From NCBI GenBank assembly GCA_018830005.1, contig JAHJTE010000001.1, forward strand, positions 773,624-837,623: a stretch of 64,000 nucleotides of DNA, read 5' to 3'. A model generated the notes under the pieces. That model saw nothing but the letters and a program-made list of their open reading frames with translations. It ran no database searches and had not been told where the DNA came from. This document shows, in pieces, positions 52,569-60,744 of this stretch; position 1 is the first letter of the stretch; the number at the start of each line of letters is the position of its first letter. This DNA comes from Candidatus Omnitrophota bacterium. Lineage in GTDB: Bacteria; Omnitrophota; Gorgyraeia; JAHJTE01. Position numbers and translations under genes: made by a program.

Positions 52569-55073
52569 TTGATGAAGAAAAAATGCTTTCTTTTAACTAG
52601 TGTTTTTTTGTTTTTTTGGATAGCCCAGAGTCTATTACTCCCTAATCGGGTATACTGCATTGAAAGTAATGAGGCGGAGGATTTTTATGTGGCAGCCAAG
52701 GCATTCCAAGACGGTTTTTACGATCTCTCCTTAGAAAGTTTCAAGCGTTTTATTAAGCGTTACCCGGATAGTTCTTATCTTTATGAGACGCAATTTTATA
52801 TTGGAAGATGCCTATTTTTTAAAGGCCAATTTATTGAGAGCCTTTCACAATTCGAATCTTTACTAAAAAATCCTAAAACGAGCCAAATCCAGGACGGCCT
52901 TAATTTTTGGATTGCTGAAGTCCATTTTAAAGGGAAGGATTACAAGAAGGCCGCCAGCTTTTACTATAAGGTCATTGAAGATTATCCTGATTCGGAATTT
53001 CTTACCCCAGCTTATTATTCTGTTGCTTTATGTATGTTTGAACTTAAAGATTATGCGAAGGCAGTCGATTCTTTTAGTCAATTGATATCTAAATTTCCCA
53101 AGCACCCTTTAGTAGAGCCTTCAAGCTTTAAGATGGCACAAAGCCATTATCTCTCTGGGCAGCGCCAACAGGCCAAAAGTACATTTAATGAATTCATTAA
53201 AGATTTTCCAAAAAGCAATCGTTTGCCTGAGGCCTTTTTCTTTTTGGCGGAAATCTTTTATTATCAAGCAGATTATAAAAATGCAGTAGATTTCTATCAG
53301 AGAACATTGGAAATGCTTAAAACCAATATAAAGGTTGCAGATTCTGATAAGCTGAAGAATTTAGCCATTGTCGGTATTGCCTGGTGTTATATAAATGAGA
53401 AAAAAATAAAAGAGGCAAAGAAGGTGCTCCTCGCTGCTGAAGTAACGGATGCAATTCTTTTGGCAAAGGCGGCAGTTGAATTCATGGAGGATGATTTAGG
53501 AGTAGCAATTGAAATTTACAATAGACTGATTAGGCAGTTTCCAGAAAGTGATTATCTGCTGGAGGCCTTCTTAGGCAAGGCAGAGGCCCTATATAATCGT
53601 GACTCATTTGATATTGCCGTAGTTCTATATAGAGAAATGATCGATAGATTCTCTAATCTTGAAAAGTTTAAAGATTTTGAGAGTAAGATTTATTACGGGC
53701 TTGCCTGGTCTTATCTTAAGATAGGACAGTTCCAGGAGGCAATAAATGAATTCGATAAGATTGCCAAGACATCCAATGATGAGATTGTAAAGATTAGCGC
53801 CTTATGCCAAATGGGTGATACTTATCAAGAGACAGGCCAATTAGATAAGGCCCTAGAAACTTATGATGAAATTCTAAAAAGTTACCCGGATTCGCTTTAT
53901 AGCGATTATGTCCAGTTCCAGGTCGCAGCCAGTCTTTACAAATCAGAGCAACTCGATGCGGCTATATTAAGTTTCCGGGCATTGCTCGATAATTTCCCTA
54001 AGACGAAGCTTAAAAATAGGGCGCAATATTATTTGGGATTGGTTTATTTTCAGCAGGGAAATTACAAAGGCGCTATAGACCAGCTTAATAAATTTTTAAC
54101 TGAATTCCGCGAAACTAATTTGGCGTCTGACGCTATGTATCTATTGGCATCTTCCTTTTACAACCTAGGTGAATATAAAAAATCTCTTTCTGCTTTTGAA
54201 AGAATCTTCAAAGAAAATATAAAACGGGATGAAAAAATCAGCCAGGCTGCCGAGTATGAAATTGCAAATTGCCTTTTCCAGTTAGGAAAGGAAAAAGAGG
54301 CCCTGCAAAGACTAAAGGTCTTTTTAAAAAAGCATCCAGAATCAAAAATATGTGCTGATGTTTTTTATTGGTTGGGTGAATATTATATGGCAATCGACAA
54401 TTTTGAAATCGCACGTAGATACTTTCGTCGACTATTAAGCGATTTTCCCGAACATGAGCTTTCTGACGCTGCTTTTTTCAATATAGCAGTAAGCTATAGT
54501 GAATCAGAACGTTTCAAGGCGGCATTAAAGGCATTTTCGCAAGTTAGGGATTCTAAAAATATTGAGTTGAGTTTGAATGCTAATATTTCAATGGCGGAAA
54601 TTTATTTGGCAAACAAAGACCATCGAAGCGCCTTAGCAATTTATGATAAACTTTTGCAAGAACAACGATTTTCAGCTTACAAAACGTTGATCTTAACCAA
54701 AAAGGCGGATTCTTTAAGATCAATAAGAGATTACTCAGAGAGCCTCTCTAACTATAGAGATGCACTTAAGGCCTCTTCGCGTGAATATAATCCGGAGATT
54801 TTATTTAAGATTGCGGAGGTTGAAGAAGAGAGGGGTAATCTAAAATTGGCACTTGAAAATTATCTTAAGATAAGTTATCTACCTGGATTTGAACAAGATC
54901 TCGCCAAGCGAGCACTTCTTAGGGCTGCCAGGATCTGCGAAACGCAGCGCAATTGGAAAGAGGCGAAGAAGATATACAATAAATTGAAAGATACAGATTT
55001 TGATGAGGCTAAATATGCCTATGATCGCTTGAATTGGATTGAGAAAAATATTGATAAGGCTCAAGGAAAATAG
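52569..55073 (+). CDS. Large secreted/periplasmic TPR-repeat protein (834 aa)
   Basis: N-terminal signal peptide followed by more than 15 consecutive TPR-like 34-aa units (W-LG-Y...A...F...P motifs throughout). Confidence 0.7.
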   Translation: MMKKKCFLLTSVFLFFWIAQSLLLPNRVYCIESNEAEDFYVAAKAFQDGFYDLSLESFKRFIKRYPDSSYLYETQFYIGRCLFFKGQFIESLSQFESLLKNPKTSQIQDGLNFWIAEVHFKGKDYKKAASFYYKVIEDYPDSEFLTPAYYSVALCMFELKDYAKAVDSFSQLISKFPKHPLVEPSSFKMAQSHYLSGQRQQAKSTFNEFIKDFPKSNRLPEAFFFLAEIFYYQADYKNAVDFYQRTLEMLKTNIKVADSDKLKNLAIVGIAWCYINEKKIKEAKKVLLAAEVTDAILLAKAAVEFMEDDLGVAIEIYNRLIRQFPESDYLLEAFLGKAEALYNRDSFDIAVVLYREMIDRFSNLEKFKDFESKIYYGLAWSYLKIGQFQEAINEFDKIAKTSNDEIVKISALCQMGDTYQETGQLDKALETYDEILKSYPDSLYSDYVQFQVAASLYKSEQLDAAILSFRALLDNFPKTKLKNRAQYYLGLVYFQQGNYKGAIDQLNKFLTEFRETNLASDAMYLLASSFYNLGEYKKSLSAFERIFKENIKRDEKISQAAEYEIANCLFQLGKEKEALQRLKVFLKKHPESKICADVFYWLGEYYMAIDNFEIARRYFRRLLSDFPEHELSDAAFFNIAVSYSESERFKAALKAFSQVRDSKNIELSLNANISMAEIYLANKDHRSALAIYDKLLQEQRFSAYKTLILTKKADSLRSIRDYSESLSNYRDALKASSREYNPEILFKIAEVEEERGNLKLALENYLKISYLPGFEQDLAKRALLRAARICETQRNWKEAKKIYNKLKDTDFDEAKYAYDRLNWIEKNIDKAQGK

Positions 55074-55126
55074 TTTTGCGTCAATTAATATCAAAGACAG
55101 AAATAATTAACTAGAGAGGTGAATTA

Positions 55127-55825
55127 ATGTCTGAAATAATTCAAAAGATTGGTTTGTTGCTTTTAAGTATTGTAGTCGCCTTTCTTCTCTATTTGAAAGT
55201 CGGCATTATTAATAAGGGTGGACCGGTAATGATTTTACTCATTGTCTGTTCAATCTTTGCTTTGGCAATTGTCATGGAGCGGTTTTGGTTGCTTCATAGA
55301 ATGCGCTTAGACGCCAGTAAATTCCTGGAGAAAATAGTTGATACCTTAAAAAGGCAAAGGGTTAAAGAGGCTATTGAGTCTTGCGATAAGTCACCACATC
55401 CAATCGGATTAATTTTAAAGGCAGGGATTGTAAAGTCTGATCGTTCTCGAGAGGATATAAAAGAAGCAATGGAAGATGCTTCTTTATATGAGGTGCCGAG
55501 AATGGAGAAGAATTTAGGCCTTCTGGCTACATTAGCGCATATCTGTCCTCTTTTGGGGTTATTAGGTACGGTAATGGGCCTGGTGAGATGTTTTCAGGTT
55601 ATACAATTGAAGTCAGTAGGATTTCAGCCAGTGAGTCCGGGAGATCTTGCGGGTGGAATATGGGAGGCATTAATTACTACGGTGGCAGGTCTCTCAATAG
55701 CCATTCCCACATACGTAGCTTACAACTATCTTGTTAATCGTGTAAATAGTTTTATTCTAGAAATGGAACGCTCAGCTACAGAGTTGCTTAATTTCTTAAC
55801 CGAAAGGACGTTTTCTGAATCATGA
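55127..55825 (+). CDS. exbB: MotA/TolQ/ExbB-family proton channel protein
   Basis: Three TM helices with the conserved ..ATLAHICPLLGLLGTVMGLV.. segment typical of ExbB/TolQ. Confidence 0.75.
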   Translation: MSEIIQKIGLLLLSIVVAFLLYLKVGIINKGGPVMILLIVCSIFALAIVMERFWLLHRMRLDASKFLEKIVDTLKRQRVKEAIESCDKSPHPIGLILKAGIVKSDRSREDIKEAMEDASLYEVPRMEKNLGLLATLAHICPLLGLLGTVMGLVRCFQVIQLKSVGFQPVSPGDLAGGIWEALITTVAGLSIAIPTYVAYNYLVNRVNSFILEMERSATELLNFLTERTFSES

Positions 55826-56229
55826 AATTCAAAAGACATATGCAGTTAGAGCATGGCCTAGGTCAACTCGACATCGCGCCTTTAATTGATGTCATCTTTC
55901 AGCTATTGATATTTTTTATGTTAACTTCAAGTTTTGTATTACGATCTGGGATACGTGTAAATTTACCCCAGGCAGTTACAAGCGAAGTAGTCAAAGATAA
56001 GAATGTTATTATAACTGTTAGCGCTGAAAATGTTTTGTATCTAGGAGGTTCCGTAGTAACTCTAGATGAATTAAAAGCGAGATTGAAGGCCGTTAAACGC
56101 GTTTCGGGTTCTGTTCTGATTAAAGCTGATTCCAAGGCTTACTTGGGACGCGTTGTTGAAATTTGGGATTTATGTCGTGAAATTGGACTGGAACAAATAA
56201 ATGTCGCTACTAACCAACAGGTTGAATGA
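55822..56229 (+). CDS. exbD: ExbD/TolR-family protein
   Basis: N-terminal ..LDIAPLIDVIFQLLIFFML.. single TM with the conserved Asp, and a periplasmic domain; 135 aa; start overlaps the exbB stop. Confidence 0.75.
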   Translation: MKFKRHMQLEHGLGQLDIAPLIDVIFQLLIFFMLTSSFVLRSGIRVNLPQAVTSEVVKDKNVIITVSAENVLYLGGSVVTLDELKARLKAVKRVSGSVLIKADSKAYLGRVVEIWDLCREIGLEQINVATNQQVE

Positions 56230-56890
56230 AGGTATTCCAAGGAATAATCGCAATAGGCGCGCCTTAAAAATTTCTTGCGTTATTTCTTTCTGTTGGCATA
56301 TCTGCCTTTTTAGTGTTGTAGACATAACCTTCCCAGATATAAAAGTGCCTGCTGTAAATAAAGAAGTTATGTTCCTGGGCTCTTATCTTGCTGATTATGA
56401 TTTTTTTCCTTCAGAAGATAAAAACATTCACAAAAATATATATTTTGATACTGCAGTAAAGAATGCATTAGGGCAAGATCTGGAGGGTTACCCAAAATTA
56501 GAGATATTTCTTGAAAAGCCAGAAAAATATTTCCTTGCTCAAAAGAGCCAGAGAGAAGAGGTCTATTATAGATCCCAGCTAGATACCTTGCCAAGTGAGA
56601 TTCTTTTGTATTCTGGTCTGCCCAAAAAAGATTTGGAATTTTTTGATTCCAAAAGATTACCTGCTATGAATATTTATTTTAAAGAAGGGATTCCGCGGCC
56701 AGTTAAATTTAAATTATATATTTCGGAAAGAGGCAGGGTTAGGCTCTCGGAGAAGACAATTTCTTCTGGTAGTTTTGATGCAGATATGTTTATTCAAAGG
56801 GCGCTAAGAAGATTGGTTTTTGATACTTGCGCATTCGGTAGGGCTAACTGGCACGAACTCGAGTTAGATCTTAAAAATGATACCAATTAA
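56201..56890 (+). CDS. TonB-like protein (TM anchor with S-x-x-x-H motif plus C-terminal TonB_C-like domain, no Pro-rich spacer)
   Basis: The TM helix ..ISCVISFCWHICLFSVV.. parallels the TonB Ser16/His20 anchor (SVCIH). The C-terminus ..LYISERGRVRLSEKTISSGSFDADMFIQRALRRLVF.. is TonB_C-like. Position directly after exbBD. Confidence 0.45.
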   Translation: MSLLTNRLNEGIPRNNRNRRALKISCVISFCWHICLFSVVDITFPDIKVPAVNKEVMFLGSYLADYDFFPSEDKNIHKNIYFDTAVKNALGQDLEGYPKLEIFLEKPEKYFLAQKSQREEVYYRSQLDTLPSEILLYSGLPKKDLEFFDSKRLPAMNIYFKEGIPRPVKFKLYISERGRVRLSEKTISSGSFDADMFIQRALRRLVFDTCAFGRANWHELELDLKNDTN

Positions 56891-57152
56891 TTTTAGCTGG
56901 TTGATTTTTCTATTTGTTTCCTGCCCGCTTTTATTTTTATTTGTCATGTGGGTGATACCTTTAAAGAGACAACGTTTTTTTAATATATTGGAGTCTGAAA
57001 AGGATGCCTGGCATTGTAACGTTTGTACGTATACTTATTTAATTTTTGATAAGAAGACAGCAATTTCTAAATGTCCACGCTGTGGTAGTTTCAATAGAAG
57101 GGTAGAGTCTTCAACCTCGAATTCTAATTTTTCTCTGGAAAAAATCAGCTAA
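56877..57152 (+). CDS. Small membrane protein with a C-terminal zinc-ribbon (CxxC..CxxC)
   Basis: TM segment WLIFLFVSCPLLFLFVMWVI, then CNVCTYTY..CPRCGS. Confidence 0.4.
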   Translation: MIPINFSWLIFLFVSCPLLFLFVMWVIPLKRQRFFNILESEKDAWHCNVCTYTYLIFDKKTAISKCPRCGSFNRRVESSTSNSNFSLEKIS

Positions 57153-57216
57153 GTGGATTATAATAAAGAAAGTTATAGCTTAGCTTAAGTTTAAGCGGAC
57201 ATAAATTGTCTGCTCA

Positions 57217-57444
57217 TTGGAGGAGGCAGTTATGATTACAAGGATAGGCATAGCAGCAGGCGAGGTCTGGCATTTTCTGGATAGTCATGGCCAAGCAAAA
57301 TTAGAAGATGTCTTATCTAATATTGATAAACCACGCGATATCTTATTAATGAGCATCGGTTGGTTAGCCAGAGAAGGTCATGTTGTGCTGAATAATGATG
57401 GTGAAAGTTATTTATTGATATTGAGAAAAGCGGAAGTTGGATAG
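57217..57444 (+). CDS. Small winged-helix protein (DUF2582-like wHTH)
   Basis: ..IGIAAGEVWHFLDSHGQAKLEDVL..LMSIGWLAREGHVVL.. matches the small wHTH family often found in archaea and bacteria; 75 aa. Confidence 0.45.
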   Translation: MEEAVMITRIGIAAGEVWHFLDSHGQAKLEDVLSNIDKPRDILLMSIGWLAREGHVVLNNDGESYLLILRKAEVG

Positions 57445-57449
57445 CTCTT

Positions 57450-57776
57450 ATGAATACCAGCAATACCAGAGGCAAGATTAATAAGAAGAAAGGAGTAGCT
57501 TTAGTTACAGTATTGATCTTCGTTTTGTTAGTTTCTATGGTTGCAATAACCTCAGTGTATTTAATGACAAACCAAGCTAGGCAGATAGAGAAGCAAATTC
57601 GCAGAATAACTGCCTTTTATTCTACTCAGGCAGCCGCTGTACAGGCAAGAGAAGATATTTTTAAAGATCGTACCTTAAACGTTTTAGATTTAGATCCAAT
57701 AAATAACCAAAAAGTAGATATTGCTTATTATCCCGCCACAGAAAGATTAGAAACTAACATCATCTATTTCCCATAA
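57450..57776 (+). CDS. PilX_N-like minor pilin/pseudopilin (type IV pilus assembly)
   Basis: Basic N-terminus followed by KKGVALVTVLIFVLLVSMVAITSVYLMT, the PilX N-terminal helix pattern; 108 aa. Confidence 0.5.
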   Translation: MNTSNTRGKINKKKGVALVTVLIFVLLVSMVAITSVYLMTNQARQIEKQIRRITAFYSTQAAAVQAREDIFKDRTLNVLDLDPINNQKVDIAYYPATERLETNIIYFP

Positions 57777-57986
57777 AGACCCTCTTTAAAAAGACCCCGC
57801 TCTTTAAGTCACAAAGAGAAATTACCTAAACGTCAAGTAAATCCCGGTAAGTCTAAGTAAATTAATAATAATTTTTTATTGACAAAGTAAGTATAATATG
57901 TTTTAATTAAGAATATATTAGTTTAAGTAAGATGTAGAATATAATTATGTTATACTTTTTGCTGATAACATATTGAGGTGCAAGGT

Positions 57987-58163
57987 ATGTCCAGATTAAT
58001 GGATATTCAAGAATTAGCGGATTACTTACGACTTAAAAGGCAGACTATTTATAACTGGCTGAATCAGAAGAAGATTTCAGGCATTAAGGTGGGAGGCGTT
58101 TGGCGTTTCGATAGAAGAAGTGTCGATAAATGGCTGAGGTCTCACGAACAAAAGGCAGATTAG
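57987..58163 (+). CDS. Small helix-turn-helix DNA-binding protein (excisionase/MerR-like HTH_17). The start MSRLMD lies at 57987, after the RBS gaggtg.
   Basis: ..MDIQELADYLRLKRQTIYNWLNQKKISGIKVGGVWRFD.. matches the HTH_17 pattern. It is the first gene of the pil operon. A possible extended -10 promoter (tgttatact at about 57946) lies upstream. Confidence 0.6.
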   Translation: MSRLMDIQELADYLRLKRQTIYNWLNQKKISGIKVGGVWRFDRRSVDKWLRSHEQKAD

Positions 58164-58170
58164 GATAAAG

Positions 58171-59724
58171 ATGAGAGGTTTTAACAAGACACAATTAGGC
58201 ATTAATTTAAGCGCGGACGCGATTACACTTGTTGAATCCAGCGCTAGAAAGATTGTTAAATACTGCAGGCAGGAACTATCAGAATTTAGCGTTAACCTGA
58301 TGGAACTTTCCGAGGATGAGATAAAATTTTCTGCAATTTTACAAAAGATTTTAAGGGAGAATGAATTTACAGGCCGCGACGTTTACGTTGGTTTGCCTGC
58401 GCACGATATTATTGTAAGATCTTTTCAAATTCCACTTGTATCAAAAAGGGAAATAGACTCGACCATTAATTATGAAGCAAGAAAATATCTACCGTTTCGA
58501 ATAGAGGAATTAATATTTGATTTTCTCACGCGACGCAATAAAAGGAGTAAAGGCTTTAATGTAATATTTGCTGCAATTAAAAAGAAAGCCGTTGAGAGGT
58601 ATGTTAAGGTACTTAATCAGGTGGGATTTAATATCGTTTCATTGGAACCGGCAAGCTTGAGTTTTCTGCGTGCAGCCTTTGTTAAGACCAGAATCAATTT
58701 AAAAAAAATAGTACTAATTATAAATATTGATTCTCGCCTTTCAGAAGGAGATATCCTGATTTTAGATTCCAATATGCCTTGTTTTATTCGCGATTTAAAA
58801 TTATCTACCGCAGGCGAGGCCCCAGAGCAGGACAATCTCGAAAGCAAATTAAATAAACTAATAAATGAAATAAGAATTTCTATTGATTATTTCCGCCACC
58901 AGCAGCTTGCATTGCAAGATAATATTTCAGAGATTTTATTATTTACAGACGTCTCTGAAACAAATTCTTGGGCGCAGGCGATTGCTCAGGAGTTAGGTAT
59001 ATCAACCACTGCATTTTTAGCGGCCGAGACCTTAGGGATTGATTCAGCCCACTGCGATTTGCTTAAGGCAGCAGGGGCATCGTTTCGTGGTTTATGTAAT
59101 TTTCCAGTTGAGTTAAATCTCCTAAAGAAGAAAGAAGAGAAGTTGATAAGAAAAGAATCACAATTTGCTCAGATTTCAAAGTTATTTGTTTTTAAACCAC
59201 TATTTAAAAAATGTCTTATTTCTGGCGGAATATTCATAGCTTTAATAATTGCTATATATGTCCTTGGAAATTTTAAAATAAAAAAATTGGAAAAGCAATT
59301 AAATCTAACTCGAGCCCCTAAAGAACAGCTTGCATTTTTACCAAAGGCTATTGATTTTAGTCAGAAGGAGCTTGTTGCAATAAAGAAGTTGGTTCAAGAC
59401 CAGCTGGATCAAGTCGAGGCAACAATTGCATCAAGGGTTTATCTAACTGAAAAGATTGAGCGCCTTCAAGCCTTGTTGCCTGATGGCGTCTGGCTTGAAG
59501 GTCTAGACTTTCGTAAGGACAGAGGCAGCTTAGAAATGGTACTTGAGGGAGTTGCATATCTGCCTTCAGGTGAAAATGCATTAGTCGTAATCGATCAATT
59601 CTTAAGTAAATTACGCAATGATACGAAATTCAACAAAGGTTTTAAGGATATTGTACTTAGTTCGGTGAGGCAATCAGCCAGGGATGATTTTGTGATCCGG
59701 TTATTTCAGATTAAATGCCGTTAG
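58171..59724 (+). CDS. pilM: Fused PilM (actin-like ATPase fold) / PilN (TM plus periplasmic domain) type IV pilus assembly protein
   Basis: The N-terminal ~330 aa are PilM-like (..LGINLSADAITLVE.., ..DVYVGLPAHDIIVRSFQIP..). A TM helix (ISGGIFIALIIAIYVLG) follows at about aa 345, then a PilN-like coiled-coil/periplasmic region; 517 aa total. Confidence 0.6.
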   Translation: MRGFNKTQLGINLSADAITLVESSARKIVKYCRQELSEFSVNLMELSEDEIKFSAILQKILRENEFTGRDVYVGLPAHDIIVRSFQIPLVSKREIDSTINYEARKYLPFRIEELIFDFLTRRNKRSKGFNVIFAAIKKKAVERYVKVLNQVGFNIVSLEPASLSFLRAAFVKTRINLKKIVLIINIDSRLSEGDILILDSNMPCFIRDLKLSTAGEAPEQDNLESKLNKLINEIRISIDYFRHQQLALQDNISEILLFTDVSETNSWAQAIAQELGISTTAFLAAETLGIDSAHCDLLKAAGASFRGLCNFPVELNLLKKKEEKLIRKESQFAQISKLFVFKPLFKKCLISGGIFIALIIAIYVLGNFKIKKLEKQLNLTRAPKEQLAFLPKAIDFSQKELVAIKKLVQDQLDQVEATIASRVYLTEKIERLQALLPDGVWLEGLDFRKDRGSLEMVLEGVAYLPSGENALVVIDQFLSKLRNDTKFNKGFKDIVLSSVRQSARDDFVIRLFQIKCR

Positions 59725-60308
59725 TCAAAAATAAGATGAATCTAAAAGAGATAAAAATTGAGGATATCCTAAAAAAAACCGATAATCTTTTTATTATCGC
59801 TATAGTTTTAATCGGCTTAATTATCTCAGTAAATATTATTAAGAAGAATGCGAATGCTTATAAGCTCTTGCAGCAGAAGATTAAAACAGAGGAGAATATG
59901 AGTAATCTACTGACAGAGATTAACGATAGCGCTAAAGATTATAATTATTATCAGAAAAAAATACTATTCGATAAAGACAGCCGTCAGGTGGTTAATGCTA
60001 TTAATGAGTGGGCGAGTGCCTCTGGGGTAGAGATAATATCCTTAACGCCCCAGTTCGTAAAAGGTGATGAACGATTTTACTACGTTCCCGTTGATCTTGT
60101 AGCAAAGGCTGATTATTACGGATTAGGACTATTCTTAAGTAGAATTGAGGATTACGAAGGTTTCATTGAAATTAGAAATCTTAAGGTTTCTGCAGAGGGG
60201 GGGAGGATTTGGCAATCTATGCAATCGCAAAAGTTAAATATCAATCTTTCCTTGTATGCAGTCGCCCTGAAGGAATTAGATGTATCTGAAGCGTTTTCAA
60301 GATACTAG
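59715..60308 (+). CDS. pilO: PilO-like type IV pilus inner-membrane component
   Basis: N-terminal TM (LFIIAIVLIGLIISVNII), coiled coil, periplasmic domain; position between pilN and pilP. Confidence 0.55.
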   Translation: MPLVKNKMNLKEIKIEDILKKTDNLFIIAIVLIGLIISVNIIKKNANAYKLLQQKIKTEENMSNLLTEINDSAKDYNYYQKKILFDKDSRQVVNAINEWASASGVEIISLTPQFVKGDERFYYVPVDLVAKADYYGLGLFLSRIEDYEGFIEIRNLKVSAEGGRIWQSMQSQKLNINLSLYAVALKELDVSEAFSRY

Positions 60309-60321
60309 GATTGTACTAAAA

Positions 60322-60711
60322 ATGAAAAATACTTCTTTAATTGTCTTATTCATAACTATTTTTCTTCTGTCGTTGTACAGCCTAGGTCAGGCAGATGTTG
60401 TTTCTTCCAAGAAGGTTGCTTTTAAACCTTCTGGCTTACGCAGTCCATTTAGGTCTCTATTACCGGAAAAAAAGGCAGAAGAAGCAAAAGAAGTAATTAA
60501 GGCACCTGAAAGAGAGATACCTGTTTCTTCTCCAAAAGTCAAGATAAATGGAATAGTCTGGGGGGGATTATTTCCCCAGGCAATTATCAACGATGAGGTA
60601 ACAAGAGAAGGAGATGTCCTAGGGAAGCCAGAATCGATTACGGTTCTAGAAATTAAACCACGAGAGGTAGTGGTCTTATTTAAGGGAAAGATATTTAGTT
60701 TAAATCCTTGA
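60322..60711 (+). CDS. pilP: PilP-like lipoprotein/periplasmic component
   Basis: Signal/TM (MKNTSLIVLFITIFLLSLY), a Pro/Lys-rich linker, and a C-terminal beta domain (..INGIVWGG..AIINDEVTREGDVL..VLEIK..VVL..). Confidence 0.5.
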   Translation: MKNTSLIVLFITIFLLSLYSLGQADVVSSKKVAFKPSGLRSPFRSLLPEKKAEEAKEVIKAPEREIPVSSPKVKINGIVWGGLFPQAIINDEVTREGDVLGKPESITVLEIKPREVVVLFKGKIFSLNP

Positions 60712-60744
60712 TTTGAGCCTAAGTAAAAAAATAAGGGGGAATAA

